A stretch of DNA of 64,000 bases from Clostridia bacterium (GTDB taxonomy: Bacteria; Bacillota; Clostridia; Christensenellales; UBA1242). The notes under the pieces were generated by a model that saw nothing but the letters and a program-made list of their open reading frames with translations, was not told the origin of the DNA and searched no databases. The position numbers and the translations under genes are program-made. Location of the stretch: assembly GCA_045655005.1 (NCBI GenBank), contig JAZOOJ010000006.1:70130-134129 (forward strand). Reading direction: 5' to 3'. Below, piece after piece: positions 9,988 to 19,216 of the stretch; within the stretch, counting starts at the first letter, position 1, and each line of letters opens with the position of its first letter.

Positions 9988-11106
9988 ATGTTTAAAAGAC
10001 TAAAATTTTTTATTGTAAATTTTTTAATTGTCGCAATCGTGGGATTATTGCCGGTAATAAACACGTCAAATTTTAATGTGGTTATGAGCGGTAATATTTG
10101 CCCATCTAATATAATAGATAAAATTTTTCAGTTGGTAAAACCTGACTCAAAGATTAAAGAAACAGAAGTTATTGAAAGATTTAAGGTGCACGTTAGCGGA
10201 AGGCCTATCGGTTTTTCAATTGATGCGGATGGAGTTGTGGTTGTTTCTATGGGAGAAATTAAAACATCTTCTGGATTTATTAATTCCCCATGTGAAGTGT
10301 CTGGTATTAAACCGGGAGATATTATTAAAAGAGTGAATGGTGTGGAAATTACAAGCGGAGAAAGGCTGATCGATGTAGTAAATTCAAAGCCGGGCGAGGT
10401 ATGTAATATAGAACTAAATAGGAAAGGAGAAACGATGTATGTTGATGTCTGCCCGATTTACGATGAATTTGCACTTTCTTATAGGTTGGGTGTGTGGGTA
10501 AGAGATAATTCGGTTGGGGTTGGCACAGTTACTTACGTAACACAAGACAATTGTTTTAGTGCGTTAGGTCATCCAGTGACGGATGCAGACACTTCAACAA
10601 TTTTGCCTGTTGGCGTAGGAAGAACATTTAAATGTTCGATAGTAGGGGTAAAAAAAGGCATTAAGGGTGAACCGGGAGAACTAAAAGGTCTATTTTTAAA
10701 AACATCAAATGAAGTCGGTAGTATTCTAAGCAATACAACGACTGGAATAAGAGGACAATTTGTGTCCAGTGAAACAAGCGAAATGTTCAAAGATTTAGAA
10801 CTTACTGAGGTCGCATTGAGAAAAGAGGTAAGCGTTGGTGATGCTTCTATTTATACTACAATAGATGGCAATACACCAAAGCTTTACAATATTGAAATTA
10901 TTAAAACTAATCATATCAACAGTTATGGGAATAAGTGTATGGTCATTAGAATTACAGATAAAGAACTTTTAACTAAAACAGGTGGCATTGTTCAAGGAAT
11001 GAGTGGTAGTCCAATCTTGCAAAATGGTAAACTTATTGGATGTGTAACACACGTTTTCATTAATGACCCTAGTAAAGGGTTTGCGGATTTTATTGATTTA
11101 AAATAA
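9988..11106 (+). CDS. spoIVB: SpoIVB peptidase (S55 family)
   Basis: N-terminal TM segment, PDZ-like GIKPGDIIKRVNGVEI, and the catalytic-Ser region GIVQGMSGSPILQNGKLIGCVTHVF. Confidence 0.9.
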   Translation: MFKRLKFFIVNFLIVAIVGLLPVINTSNFNVVMSGNICPSNIIDKIFQLVKPDSKIKETEVIERFKVHVSGRPIGFSIDADGVVVVSMGEIKTSSGFINSPCEVSGIKPGDIIKRVNGVEITSGERLIDVVNSKPGEVCNIELNRKGETMYVDVCPIYDEFALSYRLGVWVRDNSVGVGTVTYVTQDNCFSALGHPVTDADTSTILPVGVGRTFKCSIVGVKKGIKGEPGELKGLFLKTSNEVGSILSNTTTGIRGQFVSSETSEMFKDLELTEVALRKEVSVGDASIYTTIDGNTPKLYNIEIIKTNHINSYGNKCMVIRITDKELLTKTGGIVQGMSGSPILQNGKLIGCVTHVFINDPSKGFADFIDLK

Positions 11107-11123
11107 TAAAAAAACATTTATAT

Positions 11124-11183
11124 TATTCAAAAATATTCAAAAATAATAAAAGATATTCAAAAATATTCAAAAATAATATAAAA
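11124..11183 (+). repeat. Tandem 30-bp duplication carrying four phased TATTCAAAAA decamers
   Basis: TATTCAAAAA occurs at 11124, 11134, 11154 and 11164. The two 30-mers differ at 2 positions. The repeat ends 3 nt before the -35 of the downstream promoter. Confidence 0.85.
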
Positions 11184-11186
11184 TTG

Positions 11187-11216
11187 TTGGACATTTTAGC
11201 TTATCTCTGTTATACT
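11187..11216 (+). promoter_or_regulatory. Sigma-A-like promoter of the Spo0A_C-domain gene
   Basis: TTGGAC, 18-nt spacer, TATACT, 32 nt upstream of ATG 11248. Confidence 0.45.
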
Positions 11217-11247
11217 GATATTTATTATAGTAGGAAAAGGAGTTATA

Positions 11248-11640
11248 ATGCTTGAAGATTCACAAAAAGAATATAAATATGTTGTAAATAAATTTTTAAT
11301 GGACTACCCATTTAACACTTCTCAGGTTGGGTACGATTACTTAGTAGATTCTATTGCAATGGTTTTAGAATCAGAAAGAAATAAAAGGTTAAGATTAGGT
11401 AAGGATATATATTCAGAACTAGCTAGTAAGGCAAGGGTGAATTTAAAATATTATGAAAAAGCCGTAAGGCAGGCATTACAAACAGTTTCTACAAATTGCA
11501 GATTTAATCAAGATGTTGAATATCCAAATGATGCTGTGAGGTTGGCGTTTAAAGCACCTACAGCAAAAAGTTTTATTTATACTATTGGAATGCAGATTAT
11601 GCTAGAGAGAGATGAAAAGTTTTTTAAATTAAGCAAATAA
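11248..11640 (+). CDS. Stand-alone Spo0A C-terminal (DNA-binding effector) domain protein with no receiver domain
   Basis: 130 aa. By eye it aligns with the B. subtilis Spo0A C-terminal domain: VGYDYLVDSIAMV vs KGYLYLREAISMV; EKAVRQALQTV vs ERAIRHAIEVA; APTAKSFIYTIGMQIMLE vs KPTNSEFIAMVADKLRLE. It lies directly after spoIVB, where spo0A normally sits. Confidence 0.6.
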   Translation: MLEDSQKEYKYVVNKFLMDYPFNTSQVGYDYLVDSIAMVLESERNKRLRLGKDIYSELASKARVNLKYYEKAVRQALQTVSTNCRFNQDVEYPNDAVRLAFKAPTAKSFIYTIGMQIMLERDEKFFKLSK

Positions 11641-11713
11641 TTAAAATAGTTGTGTTAATGCTTTTTATGTGCTAAAATTAATTGGTAAAATTGTTAATTT
11701 TAGGAGTATTATT

Positions 11714-14011
11714 TTGGCTAGTATAGTAGATAATTTAAATAATGAACAAAGGCTCCCAGCGCTTCATACAGAGGGTCCTGTGTTGGTGACTGCTGGGGCT
11801 GGTAGTGGAAAAACAAGGCTTTTAACTCATAGGATTGCACATCTAATTCAAGATATGGGAGTGGCTCCTTCAAATATACTTGCAATTACTTTCACAAATA
11901 AAGCAGCAAATGAAATGAAAGAGAGGTTGTCAAAACTTCTCTCTTTTGGTGTACAAGGAATGTGGATTTTTACTTTCCACTCTATGTGTTCAAGAATTTT
12001 AAGGATGAATGGCGATAGGGTTGGTCTTGATAAAAATTTTTCAATTTATGGAGATAGTGAAAAAGATAGGCTTATAAAAAGAGTTCTTCAAAACAATCCA
12101 GAATTTGTGAAGCTTGAAAAAAACAAATTAAAACCAGAGTCTGTTGCCTGGCACATTTCAAATGCAAAAAATGAATTACTGTCACCAGATATGTATGCTA
12201 TAAAAATTAAAAGAGATATTTATGCAAATATAATTATCAAAGCATATGAAGACTATCAAAGGGAATTGTTAATAGCAAACGCTGTTGATTTTGATGATAT
12301 GCTATGTAAGACCTATGAACTACTTATAAACAATAATGACGTAAGAGAATTTTACCAAGATAAGTTTAAATATATTCACGTTGACGAGTTTCAAGACACT
12401 AATGTTGTTCAATATGAACTTGTTAGAATGTTAGGAGCAAAGCACAATAATGTATTTGCCGTCGGAGATGAAGACCAGTGCATATATTCTTGGCGAGGTG
12501 CGAAGTTTACAAACGTTCAAAAATTTATAGACGATAATAAGGATATTGCTATATTTAAGTTGGAACAAAACTATCGCTCTACTTCAAAAATATTAGATGC
12601 TGCAAATAGGATTATAAAAAACAACTCTAACAGATTAGAAAAAAATCTTTGGACAGAGAATGATGAAGGTAGTGATATTAAATTTTATACTGGATACAGC
12701 GATCACGAAGAGGCAGAATTTGTTGCGTCAAAGATAAAGAAAATGGTAATGGAAGACGGAAAACATTTTTCAGATTTTGCTGTTTTAATGCGTGTGAATG
12801 CCTTATCAAGGGTATTTGAAGAAAAGTTTTTAAACTATCAGATACCTTATCAAGTATATGGTGGATTCAAATTTTTTGAAAGAAAAGAAGTAAAAGATAC
12901 TTTGGCTTATTTAAAACTTGTATCAAATCCAAAAGATAACGACAGTTTTGTAAGAGTTCTGGCTTTCCCTAAAAAAGGAATAGGTGAAGCAACGGTAAAG
13001 AAGCTATTGGATACAAGTAGCGTTTATGGACTAAGTGCGTATGAAATTGCAAGGACAGGAATGGGTATAGATGAGTCAACCATAAAAAAACTTGCACCGG
13101 TAGTAAACTTAATTCAGTCATATATTGAACAAAAAGCGGTATTGTCAATTTCTCTATTAACAAACAAAGTTGTCGATGAGTGTTGTTTAAAGACTGCCTA
13201 TTCAAGAGAGATTGAAGAAGAATTGTCAAAAATTCAAAACATTGAGATGTTACAAAAGTCAGTTCTTGAATACGAAGAAGCAAATGAAGACCCAACGCTT
13301 GAAGATTATTTGCAATCGGTTACGCTTTCAAGAGATATTGATGAAATGAAAGATGAAGATAATAATGTGTCAATTATGACCATACACTCTGCAAAAGGAT
13401 TAGAATTTCCAATTGTTTTTGTTGTTGGTTTAGTTGAGGGGGTTTTACCAACTTCAAGGTCTTTGTATTCAAGCAATCCAAATGATTTAGAAGAAGAGCG
13501 TAGGCTAATGTATGTTGCAACAACAAGAGCAAAAGAAGAATTAATATATACAAGACCTACAACAAGATTTAGTTTTGAAACAAAAAGGACAGAATCAACA
13601 ACTGCTTCAAGATTTTTGAAAGAGTCGGGCATAAAAGCAATTGAAACGTCGCCACGTAAAGAATATGGAGCAGATTATACATCAGAAAGAGATTATTTTC
13701 ACTCTTCATCAAATTATAGGACAAGAAGCGATAGTTTTAGTTCTGGTGCTAGGTATATGTCGTCAAATGTGGGATTTGATGACAGAAGTGATGTTATTGC
13801 AGAAGAGAAACCAAAGTTAACAGCAGAAAAAGTTAATGAATATAAAAAATTCAAAGTAGGAACATTTGTATCACATAAAAGTTTTGGTAGGGGTGTGGTA
13901 ACAGTCGCTGTAACTGATCCAAGTTCGGGTTTTGTTACTATTAAGTTTGACAATGTAGGCATAAAAACATTATCATTAAAATTTGCACCATTAACAATTT
14001 TGGAGGAATAA
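11714..14011 (+). CDS. pcrA: ATP-dependent DNA helicase PcrA/UvrD
   Basis: UvrD motifs AGAGSGKT, VDEFQDTN, QNYRS, TIHSAKGLEF, VATTRAKE. TTG 11714 lies 7 nt after AGGAG; the track start is GTG 11669. Confidence 0.9.
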   Translation: MASIVDNLNNEQRLPALHTEGPVLVTAGAGSGKTRLLTHRIAHLIQDMGVAPSNILAITFTNKAANEMKERLSKLLSFGVQGMWIFTFHSMCSRILRMNGDRVGLDKNFSIYGDSEKDRLIKRVLQNNPEFVKLEKNKLKPESVAWHISNAKNELLSPDMYAIKIKRDIYANIIIKAYEDYQRELLIANAVDFDDMLCKTYELLINNNDVREFYQDKFKYIHVDEFQDTNVVQYELVRMLGAKHNNVFAVGDEDQCIYSWRGAKFTNVQKFIDDNKDIAIFKLEQNYRSTSKILDAANRIIKNNSNRLEKNLWTENDEGSDIKFYTGYSDHEEAEFVASKIKKMVMEDGKHFSDFAVLMRVNALSRVFEEKFLNYQIPYQVYGGFKFFERKEVKDTLAYLKLVSNPKDNDSFVRVLAFPKKGIGEATVKKLLDTSSVYGLSAYEIARTGMGIDESTIKKLAPVVNLIQSYIEQKAVLSISLLTNKVVDECCLKTAYSREIEEELSKIQNIEMLQKSVLEYEEANEDPTLEDYLQSVTLSRDIDEMKDEDNNVSIMTIHSAKGLEFPIVFVVGLVEGVLPTSRSLYSSNPNDLEEERRLMYVATTRAKEELIYTRPTTRFSFETKRTESTTASRFLKESGIKAIETSPRKEYGADYTSERDYFHSSSNYRTRSDSFSSGARYMSSNVGFDDRSDVIAEEKPKLTAEKVNEYKKFKVGTFVSHKSFGRGVVTVAVTDPSSGFVTIKFDNVGIKTLSLKFAPLTILEE

Positions 14012-14012
14012 A

Positions 14013-15986
14013 ATGGCAGAGCAAAAGCAAGACAGAATGAAATTTTTAATTGATGAGATAAATAAGCATAATTACAATTACTATACTTTGCTAAATCCAA
14101 CAATCTCAGACCAAGAATATGATAAACTTTATTATGAGCTGGTTGACCTAGAAGAAGAGTTAGGGGTCATTGAGCCAAATTCTCCAACTCAACGTGTTGG
14201 AGGAGATGTTCAATCGAACTTTGAAAAACATACTCACTCGGTAAGACTATATTCACTAAATAAAGTCCGCTCATCAGAAGAACTTTCATCTTGGGTTCAA
14301 GAAATGAAGAGATTCTCGCCAAATACTGCAATATCATTAGAATATAAATTTGATGGTTTACAACTTGTTTTAGAGTATAATGATGGAAAGTTTGTTCGTG
14401 CGACAACAAGAGGTAATGGCCGTATTGGCGAAGATGTAACAAATCAAGTAAAAACAATAAAGTCTGTGCCATTATCTATAAATTATCAAGGTCATTTAAT
14501 AGTTCAAGGTGAAGGAATGATGACGCAAAGTAATTTAAAATTATATAACGAAAGTGCTGATATTGCACTTAAAAATGCACGGAATGGGGTTGCGGGTGCT
14601 ATCCGGAATTTAGACCCAAAAGAAACGGCAAAAAGACGTTTAGATTACTTTTGTTACTCTATATTAGAGTGCGAAAAAACTTTTACATCACAAGAAGAAA
14701 TGCATCTATTTTTGCAAGACAACTATTTTAAAACGGGTGACTTTTTTAAATTATGCAACACAGAGGAAGAACTTTTAAAGGAAATTAATGAAGTAGATAA
14801 AGTCAAAGAAAAACTTGATGTGATGATTGATGGGGTTGTTTTAAAAATAAACGATGTATCTGTTCGTGAAGATATCGGGTACACCAACAAATTCCCCAAA
14901 TGGGCAATGGCATTTAAATTTGAGGCACAAGAAGTTTCAACCGTTTTAGAAGATGTAATTTGGCAAGTAGGAAGAAGCGGAAAGGTTACGCCAATTGCGA
15001 TACTTGAACCGACCGAGCTTGCAGGTGCAACAATCCAAAGAGCGACATTAAATAACTTTGATGATATTACAAAGAAAAGGGTAATGATAAACAGTAAGGT
15101 GTTAATAAGACGTAGCAATGAAGTAATACCAGAAGTATTGGGATTGCTGGAGAAGTTTGAAAATTCAATAGAAATAAAAGAACCGGAATCTTGTCCATGT
15201 TGCGGAAGCAAACTTATTAAAAAAGGTCCATTGCTATATTGCACAAACAGAGATGGTTGCTATGAACAGATGGTTGACAGAATTTCACATTTTGCATCAA
15301 GAGATGCCATGAATATTGATGGTTTATCAATAAAAACCATTGAACAGTTATGTAAGGAACTTTCACTCTCAGAACCTGCCGATTTGTATTCCATTACAAA
15401 AGAACAATTACTTTCGTTAGATAAAGTGAAAGAAAAGAAAGCAACAAATATTCTAAATGCTATTGAAAAGTCGAAAAAAGTGAGTTTGGATAAATTTATT
15501 TATGCAATAGGTATTCCAGAAGTTGGCGATAAAACAGCAAGAGATTTGGCAAGACGATTTAAAACATTGGAAAATTTAAAATCTGCTACAATCGATGACT
15601 TTTTAAAGGTAAAAGATATTGGAGATGTTATTGCAAATAATATTTTGCAGTTTTTTGCAGATGAGCAAAATTTGAAAGAAATTAATGATTTAATTGCTTG
15701 TGGAGTTAAAATACTATCGACTGAAAATGCTCCACATATTGAAAGCGAATTAACAGGTAAAAAGATTGTACTAACTGGTGGGCTTGAAAGATATTCAAGA
15801 AATGAAGCAAGTGATATAATAAGAAAACTTGGAGGAGAATGTGTTTCGTCGGTGTCAAAGAATACCGATTTGGTAGTTGCAGGAAGCGATGCAGGAAGCA
15901 AATTGGACAAGGCAAAATCATTAAATATTAAAGTAATAAATGAAGATGATTTTATTAAAATAATTGAAAAATACGAAATAGTTTGA
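14013..15986 (+). CDS. ligA: NAD-dependent DNA ligase
   Basis: Adenylation motif EYKFDGL, Zn-finger CPCCGSKL...C, HhH repeats and a C-terminal BRCT (GKKIVLTGGL). Confidence 0.95.
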   Translation: MAEQKQDRMKFLIDEINKHNYNYYTLLNPTISDQEYDKLYYELVDLEEELGVIEPNSPTQRVGGDVQSNFEKHTHSVRLYSLNKVRSSEELSSWVQEMKRFSPNTAISLEYKFDGLQLVLEYNDGKFVRATTRGNGRIGEDVTNQVKTIKSVPLSINYQGHLIVQGEGMMTQSNLKLYNESADIALKNARNGVAGAIRNLDPKETAKRRLDYFCYSILECEKTFTSQEEMHLFLQDNYFKTGDFFKLCNTEEELLKEINEVDKVKEKLDVMIDGVVLKINDVSVREDIGYTNKFPKWAMAFKFEAQEVSTVLEDVIWQVGRSGKVTPIAILEPTELAGATIQRATLNNFDDITKKRVMINSKVLIRRSNEVIPEVLGLLEKFENSIEIKEPESCPCCGSKLIKKGPLLYCTNRDGCYEQMVDRISHFASRDAMNIDGLSIKTIEQLCKELSLSEPADLYSITKEQLLSLDKVKEKKATNILNAIEKSKKVSLDKFIYAIGIPEVGDKTARDLARRFKTLENLKSATIDDFLKVKDIGDVIANNILQFFADEQNLKEINDLIACGVKILSTENAPHIESELTGKKIVLTGGLERYSRNEASDIIRKLGGECVSSVSKNTDLVVAGSDAGSKLDKAKSLNIKVINEDDFIKIIEKYEIV

Positions 15987-16015
15987 TATACTAGACTAGA
16001 TATTTATAGGGGTAA

Positions 16016-16309
16016 ATGAATATGGAAAAAAATATTATCGAAATAAGTGACGTAGAACACGTTGCAAAACTTTCAAGACTTGAATTTTCAGATGAAGAAT
16101 TAATAAAAATTCAAAAAGACTTGGCAGGAATTGTTGAACATTTTTCAGTTCTTTCTTCTGTTGATACATCAAGTGTCTCAGAGATTAATGATGAAGTTGG
16201 TGCACAAAGGGCAGATATTGAATGCGAAGGATTAACAAAAGATGAAGTGATTAAAAACGCCCCACTTCATAATAATTCGGCATTTATAGTTCCAAGAGTT
16301 GTAGAATAA
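16016..16309 (+). CDS. gatC: Asp/Glu-tRNA amidotransferase subunit C
   Basis: 97 aa, VEHVAKLSRLEFSDEE, followed by gatA and gatB. ATG 16022 is an alternative start. Confidence 0.85.
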   Translation: MNMEKNIIEISDVEHVAKLSRLEFSDEELIKIQKDLAGIVEHFSVLSSVDTSSVSEINDEVGAQRADIECEGLTKDEVIKNAPLHNNSAFIVPRVVE

Positions 16310-16323
16310 AAGGAAGAAATAGT

Positions 16324-17763
16324 ATGAGAAAATTAACAGATTATACATTGGTTGAAATAATTGAAAAATTAAAGAACAAAAAAGTTTCAAGTGTTGAAGT
16401 TGTGAAAGCTTCAATTGATAGAATAAAAGAAACACAAAACTTAAATGCAATTTTATATTTTGATGAAGAGAAGGCTTTGGCTGATGCCCAAAAATCTGAT
16501 GAAAGAATTGCAAATGGAAGTGCAGGAGTACTTGAAGGTGTTCCTATTGTTGTAAAGGATAACATTGCGACAACTGATTATGTTACGAGTTGTGCATCTA
16601 AGTTTTTGGAAGGATATATATCTCCTTATGACGCAACTGTTGTAAAAAAACTTCGTGATGCGGGTGCAGTTATTATTGGTAAAGCTAATATGGATGAATT
16701 TGCAATGGGAAGTTCAGGTGAAAACAGTGCTTTTGGCAGAGCTTTAAATCCAATAGACAATGATTATGTTGCTGGCGGTTCATCAAGTGGAAGTGCTGTA
16801 AGCGTTGCCGCAAATCAATGTTATGCTTCGCTTGGAACCGATACTGGTGGATCAGTGCGTCAACCTGCTGGCTTTTGTGGTGTTGTTGGAATTAAACCTA
16901 CATATGGCAGAGTTTCAAGATATGGAGTGGTTGCGTTTGGTTCATCGTTCGACCAGGTTGGACCTTTTTCAAGAACTGTTAAAGACAATGCTTTAATGCT
17001 TGATGTATTAAAAGGACAAGACGATTTCGATAGAACAAGTGTTGCAAGAGATGATAAACCATTTAGTGAGTCTTTTGTGGATTCAATCAAAGGAATGAGA
17101 ATTGGTGTTGCAAAAGAAATGTTTGGTTTAACTATGGATCAAGAAGTAAAATCTGCAATGGACGAAACAATAAAATTCTATAAAGACAATGGTGCGGAAA
17201 TTGTTGATATTTCTTTACCAAATATAGATAAATGCTTGGCAGTTTATTACATTCTTTCATCAGCAGAAGCTGCAAGCAATTTATCAAGATTTGATGGGGT
17301 TAGATATACAACAAGGGCTAAGGATTTTGATGGTGTTGTTGATTTGTATTATAAAAGCAGAACAGAAGGTTTTGGAGATGAAGTAAAACGCAGAATAATG
17401 ATGGGGAATTATGTGCTTAGTGCAAGTTATTATGATGCATATTACAGAAAGGCGTCAAAGGTAAGGTCACTATTAAAAGATGAATTTAATAAGGCTTTTG
17501 AAAAAGTTGATGCTATAATTTCACCAGTAAGTCCAACACCTGCCTTTAAGTGTGGAGAAAAGGCAACGCCTATTGAAATGTACCTTGCAGATATTTTTAC
17601 AATTCCTGTGAATACTGTTGGTGTTCCTGCGATTTCGTTCCCTGTTGCAAAAAGCAAAATTGGTTTGCCAATTGCTTGTCAATTAATTGCAAATAGGTGG
17701 GAAGAAGGTAAATTATATGCTCTTGCTGAATATTACGAAAGAAATAAAGGGGGTAATGCGTAG
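16324..17763 (+). CDS. gatA: Asp/Glu-tRNA amidotransferase subunit A
   Basis: Amidase signature GGSSSGSAVSVAA...GTDTGGSVRQPA. Confidence 0.95.
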   Translation: MRKLTDYTLVEIIEKLKNKKVSSVEVVKASIDRIKETQNLNAILYFDEEKALADAQKSDERIANGSAGVLEGVPIVVKDNIATTDYVTSCASKFLEGYISPYDATVVKKLRDAGAVIIGKANMDEFAMGSSGENSAFGRALNPIDNDYVAGGSSSGSAVSVAANQCYASLGTDTGGSVRQPAGFCGVVGIKPTYGRVSRYGVVAFGSSFDQVGPFSRTVKDNALMLDVLKGQDDFDRTSVARDDKPFSESFVDSIKGMRIGVAKEMFGLTMDQEVKSAMDETIKFYKDNGAEIVDISLPNIDKCLAVYYILSSAEAASNLSRFDGVRYTTRAKDFDGVVDLYYKSRTEGFGDEVKRRIMMGNYVLSASYYDAYYRKASKVRSLLKDEFNKAFEKVDAIISPVSPTPAFKCGEKATPIEMYLADIFTIPVNTVGVPAISFPVAKSKIGLPIACQLIANRWEEGKLYALAEYYERNKGGNA

Positions 17764-17765
17764 AG

Positions 17766-19193
17766 ATGGAATATGATGTAGTAATTGGTCTTGAAACCCA
17801 TATAGAATTAAATACAAGGTCAAAGGTATTTTGTGGTTGTGTCAATGAGTTTGGTGGTGAGCCAAACACCCATTGTTGTCCTGTTTGTGTTGGACTTCCT
17901 GGGGCTCTTCCTATGGTGAATGCAGACGCTATTAAGAAAACAATCACAATGGGGCTTGTAACAAATTGTGATATTTCAAGAAAATTTGGCTTTGACAGAA
18001 AGCATTATTTCTACCCAGACACTCCAAAGTCTTATCAAATTACACAAGACAGAACTCCAATTTGCACGAACGGCTATTTGGAAGTAACAGGCAAAGATGG
18101 AAATCCAAAGAAGATAAGAATTCATCAAATTCATTTAGAAGATGATGCAGGTAAATTAATACATTCAAACTCAGGTGAAACATATATTGATTTTAACAGA
18201 TGTGGCGTTCCATTGATTGAGATAGTGTCAGAACCTGATATGTCAAGTGTTGAAGAGGCAATAGAATATGTAAAAACGTTAAAAGAACTTGCAAAGTTTT
18301 CAGGTGTTTCAGATGTTAAAATGGAACAAGGTTCCTTGCGTTGTGATGTAAATGTTTCGCTAAAGCCAGCAGGTTCTAGTGAGTTTAGTGTTAAAGTAGA
18401 AATGAAGAATATAAATTCATTTAAGGCAATTGAAAGGGCTATTCAGTACGAAATTAACAGACAAACTTATTTGCTAAAAACTGGTGGTGAAATAGTTCAA
18501 GAAACAAGGCGTTGGGACGATTCTGTTGGTGAAAACTTTCCAATGAGAAGTAAAGAGGGCGCAAAAGATTACAGATATATGCCAGAACCTGATATTTTAC
18601 CAGTGGTTGTAACAGATGCAGAAATTGAAGAAATTAAAAATAATATCCCAATGTTGCCAAAAGAAATTAAATCCAAACTTATTAATGAATACGGGCTTGG
18701 GGATTATGATGCAAACTTAATTTCAAAAGAAGGAGAAATCTCTAAATTTTTCTTTGAAGCAACCAAGTATTATGCAAATGCAAAGAAAGTTGCCAACTGG
18801 ATAACTTCTGAAATTAACAAGCGAATAAATAATGAATTTATGGAAGAAGTAATCGTTCCAATTAATCCACAAGAGTTTGCAAAAATGCTTAATATGTTAG
18901 ATGCAGGTGAACTTAGCCAGCAGGGAGCAAGAACTATTTTGAATGAACTTTGGGGTAATAGTGAAACAACAGATGATATTGTAAACAGATTACAATTAAA
19001 AATGGAAAGCAATGATGAAGAACTTGAAGAAATCATAAAGAAAATTATTTCTGAAAATGAAAAGGGTGTTGCTGATTATAAGGGTGGCAATCAAAAGGCA
19101 TTTGCTTTCTTTGTTGGTCAGGTTATGAAAGCAACAAAAGGTCAGGCTAATGCAGGAAAGGTTAATGAGTTGTTAAGGAAGCACTTATCATAG
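17766..19193 (+). CDS. gatB: Asp/Glu-tRNA amidotransferase subunit B
   Basis: GLETHIELNT...KVFCGC, HYFYPD, RCDVNVS and a YqeY-like C-terminal domain. Confidence 0.95.
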   Translation: MEYDVVIGLETHIELNTRSKVFCGCVNEFGGEPNTHCCPVCVGLPGALPMVNADAIKKTITMGLVTNCDISRKFGFDRKHYFYPDTPKSYQITQDRTPICTNGYLEVTGKDGNPKKIRIHQIHLEDDAGKLIHSNSGETYIDFNRCGVPLIEIVSEPDMSSVEEAIEYVKTLKELAKFSGVSDVKMEQGSLRCDVNVSLKPAGSSEFSVKVEMKNINSFKAIERAIQYEINRQTYLLKTGGEIVQETRRWDDSVGENFPMRSKEGAKDYRYMPEPDILPVVVTDAEIEEIKNNIPMLPKEIKSKLINEYGLGDYDANLISKEGEISKFFFEATKYYANAKKVANWITSEINKRINNEFMEEVIVPINPQEFAKMLNMLDAGELSQQGARTILNELWGNSETTDDIVNRLQLKMESNDEELEEIIKKIISENEKGVADYKGGNQKAFAFFVGQVMKATKGQANAGKVNELLRKHLS

Positions 19194-19216
19194 GCTTTTT
19201 GTAAGGGGTGAATTAT

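Noticed and set aside
11124-11183. Mini-CRISPR or other repeat array
   Set aside because: There are only two adjacent 30-bp copies, no spacers, AT-only sequence, and a location directly upstream of a promoter. A regulatory or curvature element is the better explanation.
14723-15244. Long antisense ORFs inside well-supported genes (for example 14723-15244, 2274-2783, 58032-58385, 13714-14103, 15500-15910, 25571-25915, 28002-28340)
   Set aside because: They lie opposite strongly conserved coding sequence and have no RBS. Their low-complexity Ser/Leu/Ile/Phe-rich composition is typical of frame artefacts, and no motif is recognisable.
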